Shown: positions 40,051-52,095 of the stretch, one piece after another
Layout of the letters: each line of letters opens with the position of its first letter
Numbering within the stretch: the first letter of the stretch is position 1
Notes under the pieces: model-generated
Told to the model about the DNA's origin: nothing
Database searches by the model: none
What the model saw: the letters and a program-made list of their open reading frames with translations, nothing else
Program-made: the position numbers and the translations under genes
Assembly (NCBI GenBank): GCA_036172245.1
Contig: JAYWIR010000030.1
Location: 1,364,001-1,428,000 of the forward strand
Origin: Raillietiella orientalis
Taxonomy: Eukaryota
Direction of reading: 5' to 3'
DNA length: 64,000 bases

Positions 40051-42449
40051 CAGAGGAATGCAACTTCGAGCTTTAATGGACTGAGCTTTTTTTTTTTTTA
40101 AAAAAAAAAGCAACATCTGAGGTATCCTGCATAAAAGGCTCTTTGCATCTCCATCTATTTCCTACCGTTTTATTTTCGTCCGCTTACTTCTATTGCTTTG
40201 TTTTCATCTACCTCTAATCCTTCGTGCATGGACTACATCGTCTAATTAAGCCGTTTTCGAAATACTAGCTATCCCTCCTCCTTTTCGGAAGTCCTTGATA
40301 GTCTTCTAAAGAACTATTGGCCCCATAAACACATCAGGCAAGCTCCCAGAAACTACACTTTCCCATAAACTCATCGAGCGTTCCTGATGTGCTTCGGTTA
40401 ACAAGAAGCAGTGCTACGTACCGAACCGTTACTCTTCCCGGGGTCTTTCTTACCTTTCCTTGAAACCCAAAGGATGCTGATCATTCTTTCGAAACTCCAC
40501 AGTATGGATCATTTCCATCTCCGCCTTCGAAGCCTCGATGTATTATCCGACGGCCTCATCTTCAAAAAACATAATATAGTGCGGTTTGTCCCAATGGAGT
40601 TCTGGGAAAGAATGAGGAGAAAGGAAAAGGAAGCTGAATTCCAGAAAGCTACGAAGAAGGTCAGACTGATGACGTGGTCAACGTCATTGTCCGCCAGAGA
40701 TAATTGGAATTCACAGATCTTGTGTAGGGAGGAACTCATCGAACAGATTCATGCTGGCCCAGGAAAAACTTGTTCAAAGCTAAACCAAGTTCTTATATAA
40801 CTGGTGCCTCTTCCAGGTCACTTCCGTGCCTCAGGGTTCCGCGCCAGTATCACTTTCTGGCTCGACATGATGGATTTTCCTAGCGAGCAGCGTCCATTGC
40901 GCTGAATTCCTTTACCTTCTCAGAAAGTTGCCGGCACTCAATCTGAAAAATAGTGGATATGTATCAAGGAATTCCGTCTTCTAAAGCCACTTAACCTCTC
41001 AATCCAAACTTCTTTTAGTTCTACGCTGCAAATCAACTCTAAGATTAAACTTTTAACGCCTTCCTCAACGAGGCTGGTGCGAGCACGTCCAATCTCAGCT
41101 GAAGTCGAGGCAACCGTGCTATTCGATAATTGATCTGCCTCTCTCTTTCGAAGCTCAGCCCAGCTCATTCGATTTTATCTTCGAATCCGTCGGAAGCTAA
41201 GGTTTGCGTAGCCGCTTCTGAAGAGAAGGAAGAATGCCTTAGTCAGTTCTCCAGTGGACAGCATCCATTTGTTTACTTCATTTTCTGTGTAAGGAATCCC
41301 GAAGGAATGCCACGAGGAAAGTGCATAGGAAATCTCGAGACCAAAGGATATCTTTTCAGGGGAGGAACAACCTGTGAGGCGCACAATTTAAAACCGGTCC
41401 GTCTCACAGAAGACCATTACGTCGAAACGGAGAGACTCCAGTCGGGTCGGATTAAAGTCGCTCTCTCCGTATTCGCCTGAGCTCATGATGAAAGAGAAAC
41501 CCGTGCTCCAGTTATCAACAATTCGTAATATACAGGAAAGAAGGATTGCAGAACACTCCACGTTTGAAGACCAGAGGTTAGGCGCCTCCGAAGAGTCACC
41601 GAAGACGCCGAAAAGTATTTTAGTAACTTACCGTGATCTATCGGCAAGCAGTGTGCTCCGTGGGTAGATGACTTTAAAATCACTGCTTCTTGCCTTCTTC
41701 CCATATGCTGCACTCACGCAAATTCATAAAACTAAACAGCGGCAGCAGTTCTGACCGAAGACTGACGTGTCCTTACTCTGCCCCCCTCTGTACACTCGGA
41801 AAATACCACTGCTTTCCCTGCGTCAGCTGTCACTTGGACGTACTGAACTTGCCGGACCTTATCCGAGCGAACGCCGCCTTCCCATCAGTTTTGCTGCTGA
41901 CACATTGGCCGTGGTAATGGAAAGGTCATCCCAACACCAGTGTCAGAATCTACGTGTTGCCCCACAAGCACACACAGCAGCAGCTCGGAGAACTCAAGCA
42001 GGCGGACTGTGGCGGCCTCAGCCCACACTTGTCTCAAACAGCTCCATCTCCATGAAAACTTTCCGCTCAACAGACTCGTCTCAAGAGAAGAAACCCTCCC
42101 ACCGACTGCGTACAAGAGCCTTATTCTATTGAAAGAAGTTTGCCCGCGCACCAGAAGCTGTGATCTCAGGGATGTTTTAAGCACGTCCGCAAGAGGAGAA
42201 CCCCACTATGAGGTCATAATAGATGCAACGGACGTTCGGATTCAGCCAGCCCCTTCCAGGTCCCCGTTCACAAGACATCGGTTATTGGGAAAGTTGCAGG
42301 GATCAATCTTCTCCGATAAGGCTGAAGTGACTCTCCATTTCAAGCACATGGACTGGAAAAAAATCACCATTTCCGTCATTGTCATTCCGCGAGAGGATTG
42401 CAATTGCAAGGTGCGAACAAGAGGATTCCTCTTGGCTTTCCACCTTCTT

Positions 42450-43480
42450 CCAATTCTGCTTCGTATGTGCCCGGCTGGAGGCAATCAAGGAACACACTAT
42501 GGATGAAGCGTGGTTCCTTTTACCGTATCTTCATGATGCATGTTTCTTCTTCCCTGGTCCATGAGACTTGGCCATCAGAGAGGCACTCGTGCCAAGCAGT
42601 TTCTCGATTTTTGCAAGGTCATTACGATTGCACCCTGTGCCGAGAATGCACTCGAATGCCTGAGGATGCATCTCATTACATGAAGAGGTCTCAACTTGGA
42701 GTGGCCGGAGGTTCCAGAATCGGATCGGATCAAACGTCTCTGGTTTATTGGTGCAGTGTTGTGTGCAAAGCGGATCTCGTGTTCTCATCACCGGGTGAAG
42801 AAAGCTCTTTCATGCCTCTGACCTCACAAGACACCTGTACTCGGCTCCAGACTCGAGGAATAATTCTCCGAATGAAGGTAGCAGGCGAAAAGGACAACCT
42901 CTTCCTCATCTTCCTGTTTCCTGTTCGGATAAAATCAGCTCGATTTTCCTTCTGTCGACAGCCTCCTTTTCAATTTTTCCAAAGATGAGCGATTCGCTCC
43001 ATCTCTTCTCGTCTCTCGCATGCTCCATCCCTCACAGTTCTCGTTCTTTGCCTCGAGTGCTCGTCCCTTCGGATGAGGCTCATGCTTTCGTTGCCGTGGA
43101 GACCACATTTTCGAACACCAGGCAGGAGATTGAGGAAGATTGATCTCAAGAACGTTGTGGGTGAAGCAGACTAAGCATCCGACCTGGCAGCCGTCGACGA
43201 TGGACGTCTCGTCGATATTCGTCCGGGACGATTCTCTGAGTTTTTGAGGTTTCCATCCTGGTACCACTATGATCTCCAGCCTTGTCGATTTCCTCCAGGA
43301 TAACGAACCAGTCTCTTTGTTTTCTCTACGAAGGTGACCATTTGGATACACAAGAGTGGAACTACTCAGGTATGAAGCCTCTTTAAGTCCCGGACCTCGG
43401 TCCTTCCCCTGAAGTGGCAGGAGTTGACTCTTCCCTTGCTGCAATGAGAAATTTGAAGAAAAGCGCGCCTGCTCCACTAG
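42450..43480 (-). mobile_element. Possible highly decayed L1/Tx1-like ORF2 segment (end of RT, thumb, zinc knuckle)
   Basis: Weak motifs in the expected order: GKSQLL..SYL, GWKPQKL..SR, ANRSSLEKL, and ~0.5 kb further TCIM...KE....HSVFLDC. No YADD motif seen. Confidence 0.35.
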
Positions 43481-46400
43481 ATTAGGGGGAGTGTGGATTC
43501 GAACTGCCGGGGAAAGTGAAAGTGGAACCCTGCTCGTGGGTTTGTGCTGCCCTTTGACCTGTCTGGAGACTTTTAGACACGGTTCTCAGGAACAATCCCA
43601 GGGACGTTTTGAATCACCTCTTCGTGCACGATGCGCTGCCGCCAGCTGCGTCGCTAGCAGCTCTTTGCTGCCTCCGCTGGTTCGGTACCGGCACAAAATG
43701 CCAACGATCTCTGGGGCGACCTCCTCCTCCCAGGTGAGGTCACCTCGCAGCCGTCCTCACGTAGGCGGCGGCCGTACGGCTGACGCCCCATTCGCAGCTC
43801 CCGAGACTCGGGCACGTGGCGGGCGCTGCGACGACGGCGCGGATGCAGCGTTGTCGCTGCAGTCACAGCGCCCGCCGCACGCGAAGAATCGCCGTATCGA
43901 GACCTGGAGGTGGCCTCCCGATCCTAGGGGTTCCAGGGATTTTTCTAGGAAGTGCTCGTTTCAACAAGACCTTTGGGAAAGACAGAAAGATGCAAGGAGT
44001 GGGAGAAGAACGCTGGAGCTCTCGAACTGGGAGCACAAAGACCGCTCGGGAAAACAGCGGCGGCAGGATGGGATTATCGGGTTTCTGAGCCACGTATGCG
44101 GGGCGGATGGACTAGGGCGTGCCTTGCAGCCAGAGGCCTCTCTTTATTTCTGCTTTCTTCTTTTGTCTTCATGTTCCCTCTGTTGGCTTCTCGTTGGCTC
44201 CAAAGCGATCATTGCACGTCCCGAGCAGTTTCGTTTCTCGTTCCTTTCCCTTTCCCGAATCCTGCGCTCTCGAAGGCATGTTTGCATTAGAGCTTTTTCA
44301 TGGCAATGGTGCGTTCGGCTCCTCGAAGTGCATCTTTTGACACTCCGCATCCTCTTTCCTCCTTGTTTCCCTGATTCCACGTGTGTACGTCCACTTGGCC
44401 CATCCAGAGATCTCCGTCACGCGCTGCTATGGAAATTCCAGGATTGCTGATAGTGGACCTCATTGCAGATAGCTTCTCGGACGCGTCCAGATTGCGCCCG
44501 GCTCACTTTTGTTCTGGATGCCTCTTCTGCTCTGTCCTTCATGGCAATTCCAGCGCTGCCCTCTTATTCGCCTTCTCTGGCTGGGCTCTGGCTGTTGTGC
44601 CTCCACGATCGCAATTTTTTTTTTTTTTTTGTATCTCCTCTCCCGACAAATTGGAGCGAATAGGGGATGATGATCTTGAAACAGCTCTGCTAAAAACCTT
44701 CCCGAGGAAACAAGTGTGAGTTCGCTTGCGGGAGTTCCGAGGGACGCGGAAATACAAGAAATGCGCGTTCCGCTCCTTCTGATAAATTGCGCGGGACCAG
44801 CGAAAAGTGTCCTTCTCGGGAGATCTATGGTTTGGTGAAGCGAACATCCAACAGCAAGCAGTAATCCCTTCGCGTACATTTGATCTCCCTCAATCCGATG
44901 ACCGAAAGCGCCCCAAAATCCATGCTCCATTTACACACATTGCACCATTGGCCGGACGCTTGATGTTTGATTGTGGAAACTTCCATTGGCACAAGAGGAA
45001 TTGTACTCTTATTAAATTGCAAACCGTACATTTTTTTTTTTTTTTTTGTATGTACTCTTCGAAGGGATTTTCCTGTTGCTCGAAAACGCGGCATCGGAAA
45101 CCTTATGTCGTTAGATCTTTTTCAAATGAGTTTCCAAGAACTTCCTACACCCTACCACACTTCAAAGAAGCTCAATACCGTGAGAAAATTCGAACTTGAA
45201 GGCATCTGGGAACTTTGGAACACCGAACACGTTCTGACTTGCAATTTTTCTTTGAAGAGGAGATGCTATTAAATTTTCTCCTTTGCCTCTGAAACGCCCT
45301 AGATTTCATTTATAGGACCAAAATTTTCTCTTTGATGGCTATCTTTCCACAAGACGGGAAGAAGTCTTCAGAGATGATAACAGATGGTTTCATAGAGTCC
45401 TAAGCAGCAGCACATTTTATTCCGTCGTTCCTTTCGATGAAGGAAATTTCCTTGCTTTCGGATGAGTCACATACACCGAACGCTTCCCCAAAGAATGATT
45501 CTACCCATTTCTGGAAAAAGAATCCCTCACTCCCTGTTACTTTCTCTTTTTCTTTTTTTCCTTCCTTTTTGCCCTCGCATACGTTCATTTTCTTTAGGAA
45601 TCTGCTTGTTACTTTGTTTTCCTGTCATCAAGAGTGATTCATCCGTCATCATTAGAACTTTGGCATGTTTTTCCTTAAGATATATCTAATTATCCTTCGA
45701 TCTCCAAACAAATTTCCTTGGATTCACAGGGACTGAATTCACTCCTCTTGCTGTACCACCATTTGACCACGAAAAACTTCATGTTCTCTTTTGTCGATTT
45801 TTCTAATCAAAGAGTTTCTCTTCTTGGTGATTCCTAATTGCCCTATTAATGTACTTATTTGTCATTTGCTTCTTGATACAGAAATGAAGTTCGTTGCTCC
45901 ACTTTGATGTCTCATAGAGAATGCAATATGACGTTACTAACTCTGTTCTTTGAAAGCCTCGTACTCCACTCACGCCCTCTAATCACCGTACCTTTTTTCT
46001 TTCTCCTCCTTGTTCGCTCCAACCATGCTTGCCATGGCAACTCAAAAGCATCCATAAAATAGAACCGAGAATCGTCAGATTAAAATAATTTTATTGGAGT
46101 TAGTGATTGCATATATGTATTCATGCTTGGTCGGATTTTTTGGAGAAAACATCCTTACGGAAATCGTTGTTCCCCAGAGTCATTGGAAGCCACATCTTCG
46201 AATTTATGTTCTCGACACTAAACTTCAATGCCTTCCTTTTTTTTCCAAGAGCACTAAACAGAACCGGTTGACTTCGTAAGTTCTGCAAACATCAGCCACC
46301 CTCAACGCTCTGTGCAACTGACTTCTGAACAAGTCGTTCCGTCCGTCGTTAGATGCAAGCGAAGCACCTTGATAACCTCTGACAAAGGCAGTGCTGAAAC

Positions 46401-46513
46401 TGGGAATGCAGCAGAGTATGAGATACACATCTTTACACATTCCTCAGCAGGCTTTTTTTTTTTAAAAAAAAAAAAAGGGAAGGGGACTTTCTGCAAAAAG
46501 AAAAAGAAAGAAT

Positions 46514-46667
46514 CTTATAAAAGTGAATGTTTAGCCATCCAGAGAGGAACGGATGAAAACTCTGAAGAACTGAATCCTCAAGATGGATACGAAATAGCAA
46601 TGCATTTAATCTTCTGTCTTTTCGTGTGGACAATATTTGTAAATCCATGCTGAATAATGGGGAAGGC
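46514..46667. repeat. Short diverged interspersed repeat (partner ~39886-40050)
   Basis: Same shared blocks as the partner copy. Confidence 0.7.
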
Positions 46668-49239
46668 TCACATGAATTGAATGCTAAACTTAAAGTTTTG
46701 CATTCCTCTGTGTAATATGGCTTTATTAGAAATTGAACTTATCGCTGCTTTTGAAAAGTGCTGAATTGAGTTCAAGTTTCAAGAGAATGCCCTTAATAAT
46801 CAAAGAATAGATGTATTCTTACTGATGTGCATAAGAAACTGTCATTCTTGTGATTATTGACTTTAATGTTCCCTAGAGTAAAGTGATAAGTCAGCATAAT
46901 GCCACAATCAGAATTCTAAAGTACTACGTATGCACCAAATGCAGCAGCAATGGTGATTTTCCATGCTTCCAAAGATATCAGGACTGCTTTTTGTGATTCC
47001 ATTTCTTCACGATCGTTTGCTATGCTTACAATATTAGATGGAAGCCTGCACAATTATTTCCTATTGCCTCTTTAAACGAAAGTACCGAAGTTAAAGGGAT
47101 GAATTTTATTAATTGCAATTCTCTCGAAACATCCAACGAGAAAGTCTACTAATCGTTTAGAAACAGCAGCAGATAGAAATGAAACCAATACTGGAATGGC
47201 AGTTGATAGGATACCAATTGATCAAAGGAATTGGCAATTTCTTTATGGAGCTACGGATATTTCGGTATTCGTATTATATTAATTCGTATTATGTATGTGT
47301 AATACATGATGATGAGATGATGGCACATTGGCTTCACTTCATGGATTAATCGCTTGAAAATAGAGATAAACTACGCATTTGAGTGTGCAGTCACAATGAG
47401 CTGATTAGCATCAACCTTGATGAGCTCTGAATGTATTCATCTCAACTTGAGATGAAATATACTCTTATTACACTAGTTAAATACACTGGTTTCTGACAAT
47501 ATGACACTGCCAGGATCCAGTGTTTTCAAAGTAAGATAACATAAGCAGTTTAACAGATATTCCATGATCTGTATTAAACAACTTTGTAATAGTTAAGAGT
47601 AATTGTTGTTATGAATCATTCGATAAACTGCAACAATCTCACATTTCATTAAAGCATTTAATTTATACTATGATCCACAACTCTAAAATGATATATTGAA
47701 CAAAAAACTCATTTCTACCTAATCCTAGATCTATTCATAAAGCAGCGATTATTCTCCAACCTGAAAATTTTGATTTGGACTAAAATGCTAACGATGAAAT
47801 ATTGTCTTGGAAGAGAGGGAACAGTGAGCTCTTGGATTGGTGTTTGCAATCGTTATTTCCCTTCATCATGGAACACTTCACGTTCGCATGATTTACCATT
47901 ACAGTCTACACTTGGAATTTACCGACTCCAAACAACAGACTTAAAAATCACGAACCCATCCAAATTCGTGTTTGTTATAGAGTGATTCTACAAAATAGCA
48001 TTTCTTCTTCTTCTTTCTCCCTTCTGTCTGCTTCAGCTATGTCCTGGTGTCGGTTCACTTTTGTTTCGGCAGTATTTCGAAATACACGTCCTGTTTGAAA
48101 TAGATTCGAAACCACAAACTTCAATGAGGGACCTCCGGGTTCCTTCCTTCCCGTTCTCGGGATCGTCGGTGCACCCCTGCGCTGCTGCGTAGAAGTGAAT
48201 GTCGGAGGGAAGCTCTACAGCCCACGGATATAGGTAACGGTGATAAAAGGCCTCTTTTCGAAGGAAGCAGTGAACTCGGGGCCTGTGTTTCTGGTTTTAC
48301 AAGAACTCGTGAAGGACTTGTAGTATTCATTTTGAAAAATCATTCGGGTGGAGTGCCGGGTTTTCAGTTTACTTTGTCTGGTGTGCAGGTGTACGCGTTT
48401 GCAGTCACTTTCACCCTCTTTGTGTGTTTACAATGCAAAAATTAATCGAATCAATTTAAGTACGTAGATATGAAAGTTCAGAACACTGAGATCTTGTTGC
48501 TTGACGTTTTGACCCCAGAACAGCATCAGCCCAGAAAGTAATGCATTATCGGAGCATCGCAGGTAGTCGCTACTCTTAAGGTTCTTTGAATACCTTTTAT
48601 CAACCAAAATTTCCAATATGCATCGATTAAATTTCTATTCAAAGCGCAGCCCTTGAGGGTCTGAATGGCCTTCATGTCGAGTTTTTATTCATTTTTAATC
48701 AGCTGCTCCATGTCAAGAAGTCAGGATTACAAATCTGGTGCGTTGTTTTTGAAAATTCGTCATCGCTAATGGTTTCCTTGCCTATTATGATTAATATTGC
48801 TGCTGTGCACCGTATTTGTCGAGCTGAGGAAGAAAACAAGAGTGATTGTGCGGAAGACCAAAATTGTATCCGATCATGTATATGTAATTGTATGACAATC
48901 TTTTATAACTTGAAATCGTAAATATAAAATTGGTTAAGAAACCAGGTAGTCAGCAAGATAAATTGAACAATTGCATGCCTGCAAGTGCGTTGCTTTGGAT
49001 AAAATCAGACGTGCTTCCGGATGACAAACTGTCGGAAACGATTTCATTTTTACTGTCAAATGCATCCTATTAACATTATTCATGTAAAAATTGCAATGGA
49101 ATAAAATTTTAAACCACTTTCTAAAGCATGGAAAATGAAGTGGTTGTTCATTTTGAATCTTCATAAAATAGTCTTATTCTCACTGAGATTCACTGCTATT
49201 TCAGGAGTGCACAAAAGATATTTATGAAATCTTTGATTC

Positions 49240-50832
49240 ATGTCTATCGATGATATCAAGTTCTTTAGAGGTATAAAAGCTTGTATTCTGCCATGTGGCA
49301 TAGGAAAAAGGAGGTTAAAACTTTTAAAAGATCAAATGGAACATTATGGAGCTACATGTATTCAACGAGATAATATTTCTGAACACAGTGATCTTACACA
49401 CTTAATAGTGGATGAAAGCTATGATGCTTGTCGACTTTCCAAACTCTTATCAACTCTTAACATCCATAATAATACAGCAATTGTCTCAACTAGATGGGTG
49501 AGCCAGTGTTTGAAATGGAAAGAATTGAAAGAAGAAGACGATTACAAGATACTAGTCACAACACAGGCAGATACTGTTTCCACACAAGTTCCTGATATTC
49601 CATTTTCAGAAACTATTAATGCTAATGACCAACACAAAAATCCAGTCTTTGAATCAAAGAGTCTTCTTGCAAGAAATGACCCTATTGAATCACTTCATAG
49701 TATTTCTGAAAGTCAGAACATTAATGAACATGTCATTGGTGAATTAGAAAAGCTAGCACAGACTCATCGCTCATTGGGTGATACCTGGAGAGCAGTGAGC
49801 TATCAGAGAGCTGCCAGTGCCATCAGAAACTTGGGTACACCAATAACAGGTAAACAAATTGATAGGAGAAAAACGAAGTAAAGATTATTTAGGGATAGAT
49901 GATATTCAGAGTATACCAGGAATTGGTTCTCGACTAGCTGCCAGGATCTGGGAAATAATACAAACAGGACATTTGCGCAAAGCTGAACAGCTTTGTAGTG
50001 CTGAACACCAAAAAGTGCTAGATTTATTTAGTTCTGTTTGGGGTGTGGGACCAACAACTGCTTGGCAATGGTATAATCTTGGCTTTCGTACATTGAAAGA
50101 TGTGGCCACCAACTTTTCACAACTGACAAAACAGCAAAAATTAGGGTTACAGTACCATGAAGATCTGCAATGTCGTATCCCTCGTGATGAAGTGGAGAAG
50201 ATCTGTAAATTTGTAAAATACCATTTTGGAATTCCACTTCTCTAATGTTATTACAGGTTGAACATAGAGCTGAACACTTGCTTCAAGATGTGCAGATCAT
50301 AGCTTGTGGATCATACCGTCGTGGAAAACAGTTTTGTGGAGATGTAGACTTAGTGTTTTGCCATGCAGATTCTGAGAAACTGGATGATCTGTTTCCTAAA
50401 TTGTATGCTATTCTCCATAGGGAAAGTGAGTTCTGAAGGTTTAAGCTTATTACAGTTGCATTCAGATTTCCTCACAGATGATCTCTTGGTATCCAATGAA
50501 AAAGGAGGGCATTGGAGATACCTAGGCATTTGCCAGCTAACCAGTCAAAAAGTAAGCTTGAAATAGCCAAACAAGTAGTGTGCTGTCAGCATCGTCGCTT
50601 GGATATGTTTGGTGTTCCTGAAGATTGTTTAGCTCCTGCCCTTCTCCATTATACAGGATCAGCACTTTACAACCAAAAGCTCCGTCTCCATGCTAAGAAA
50701 AATGGTATGAAATTGACAGACCAAGGCCTCTGGAAAGCAGGAATACCTGAAAAATTGCCAACACCAACAGAAGAGGCCATCTTTCAGTTGTTGGGTGTTC
50801 CTTTTTGTTCTCCAGATCAAAGAAATATCTAA
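49240..50832 (+). CDS. POLL: DNA polymerase lambda (family X; BRCT + 8-kDa + nucleotidyltransferase), 5 exons: 49240-49849, 49893-50212, 50257-50425, 50466-50551, 50590-50832 (475 aa)
   Basis: Motifs: N-terminal BRCT-like segment (LTHLIVDE...IVSTRWVSQCLK), GDTWRAVSYQRA, HhH motifs IPGIG and VWGVGPTTA, GSYRRGKQFCGDVDLV, HRRLD, TGS..YN, PTEEAIFQLLG. Four GT-AG introns of 43, 44, 40 and 38 nt join the ORF pieces in frame (1428 nt including stop). An in-frame TGA lies just upstream of the ATG. Confidence 0.95.
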
Positions 50833-52095
50833 CTTTATAGCAGAAGGATACCACAGAAAGTCAGTTCCCAGTAATGTTTTCATGATATTAAAAAATAATT
50901 GCATGTTATGTATTAGTCATCTTATAATTCATTCTTTAAAGAAAGTGTTAACTAACATTAACACATTTCATTTCAGTGTAAGATTTATTGGGCTAATATT
51001 ACAAATGGATTTTGGAAGCAAAACTTGACTAGGTACACAAAACATGCATGTATCAGGATATCGTTGTTACTTGCTGGAAATTGTTTCTTGAAGCCAAGTG
51101 AAAAAAGTCTTACTTTATGTTCAACAGTTTAAAAGAATTGACGTTTTTCTACATCATGTACAAATCTTATAAACACATCTGAGGGTCAAGAGGATGCATG
51201 CTTTGGTTATACCACATTTTCTTCTTATTCATCCAGAAAATCAGGATTGTGATGCAGGTACTTTTTGCTTATGAAGAGTATAAAATAAGCCTTTGTGAGT
51301 AATGCTTCCATTGGTTGAAATGTAATTTACTGGTTTATAAAGGTCTTTACAGCAAAGTTTATTTCATACTTTACTTGTACTTAATTTCAAGCCACACACA
51401 GTGCAGTTGTGACCTCAAGGAGAATAAATTTTTTATGAGCCAACTTTCATTTAGCTACCTTTCATTGAACAAAACTTAGGAAAACTTGAATAATAAACTG
51501 AAATATTAACTTTAAATTCAAATGCAATTAAATAAAACATTTATTTAAGGTTTATGCAAAAGTGCTTAATTTTTTTATTTAATTACGATCGTTGAGTGAT
51601 TGCAATCATCATTATACTACACTTTTATCTAATAGTTTTACAAGATTCATTGGCCAACAATTGTTAATTAACAACAGTTTGCATTTTCTATGACAAGCAA
51701 ACTTTACTTTTTCCATTTGGTTTTAGGAAACCAACTTCATTTTACATCTGCCAGAATTTTTATTTCTTTCCACTCAGTATTACTTCCATGTGATAAATGA
51801 CTTCAACAAAATTCTGTTCAAGTGATATCTTGAAATAAACAGAATATCAAAGAATAACAGTTTCAAAACATGGATTTGATTCATGTAAGAATTAATAACA
51901 TTCAAAAACCAGCATGAGGTACCAGTATAGGGTTTGAGGCTTGAGTGTACAAAATGCTGCTTATCAACAAAACCAAAAACGAACTACAAACACGGAGACT
52001 GTAGTTCCTGAGAAACTGGATCAAGATTTTATTTCTGTTCACTAGCTGTCAGAGAAATGGCAAAGTACAACTGAAATGTATAACATCATCTACAG

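Noticed and set aside
41940..42506. Harbinger-like DDE motif VIIDATDVRIQ
   Set aside because: Single short motif with no downstream DDE motifs or TIRs.
43491..44450. Long ORFs in GC-rich patches (319 aa here; also 19758-20525 and 7921-8682)
   Set aside because: Arg/Ser/Pro-rich, with overlapping ORFs in several frames as expected from GC content alone, and no domain recognised.
46558..46600. Hammerhead ribozyme core (ctgaaga...gaaa)
   Set aside because: Stem II does not close at the required positions, and the partner copy at ~39940 has ctgaaaa.
48198..48330. RNase P RNA-like start (cggagggaagctc)
   Set aside because: No CR-I (GGAAnnuc) or CR-V motif at suitable spacing downstream; probably chance.
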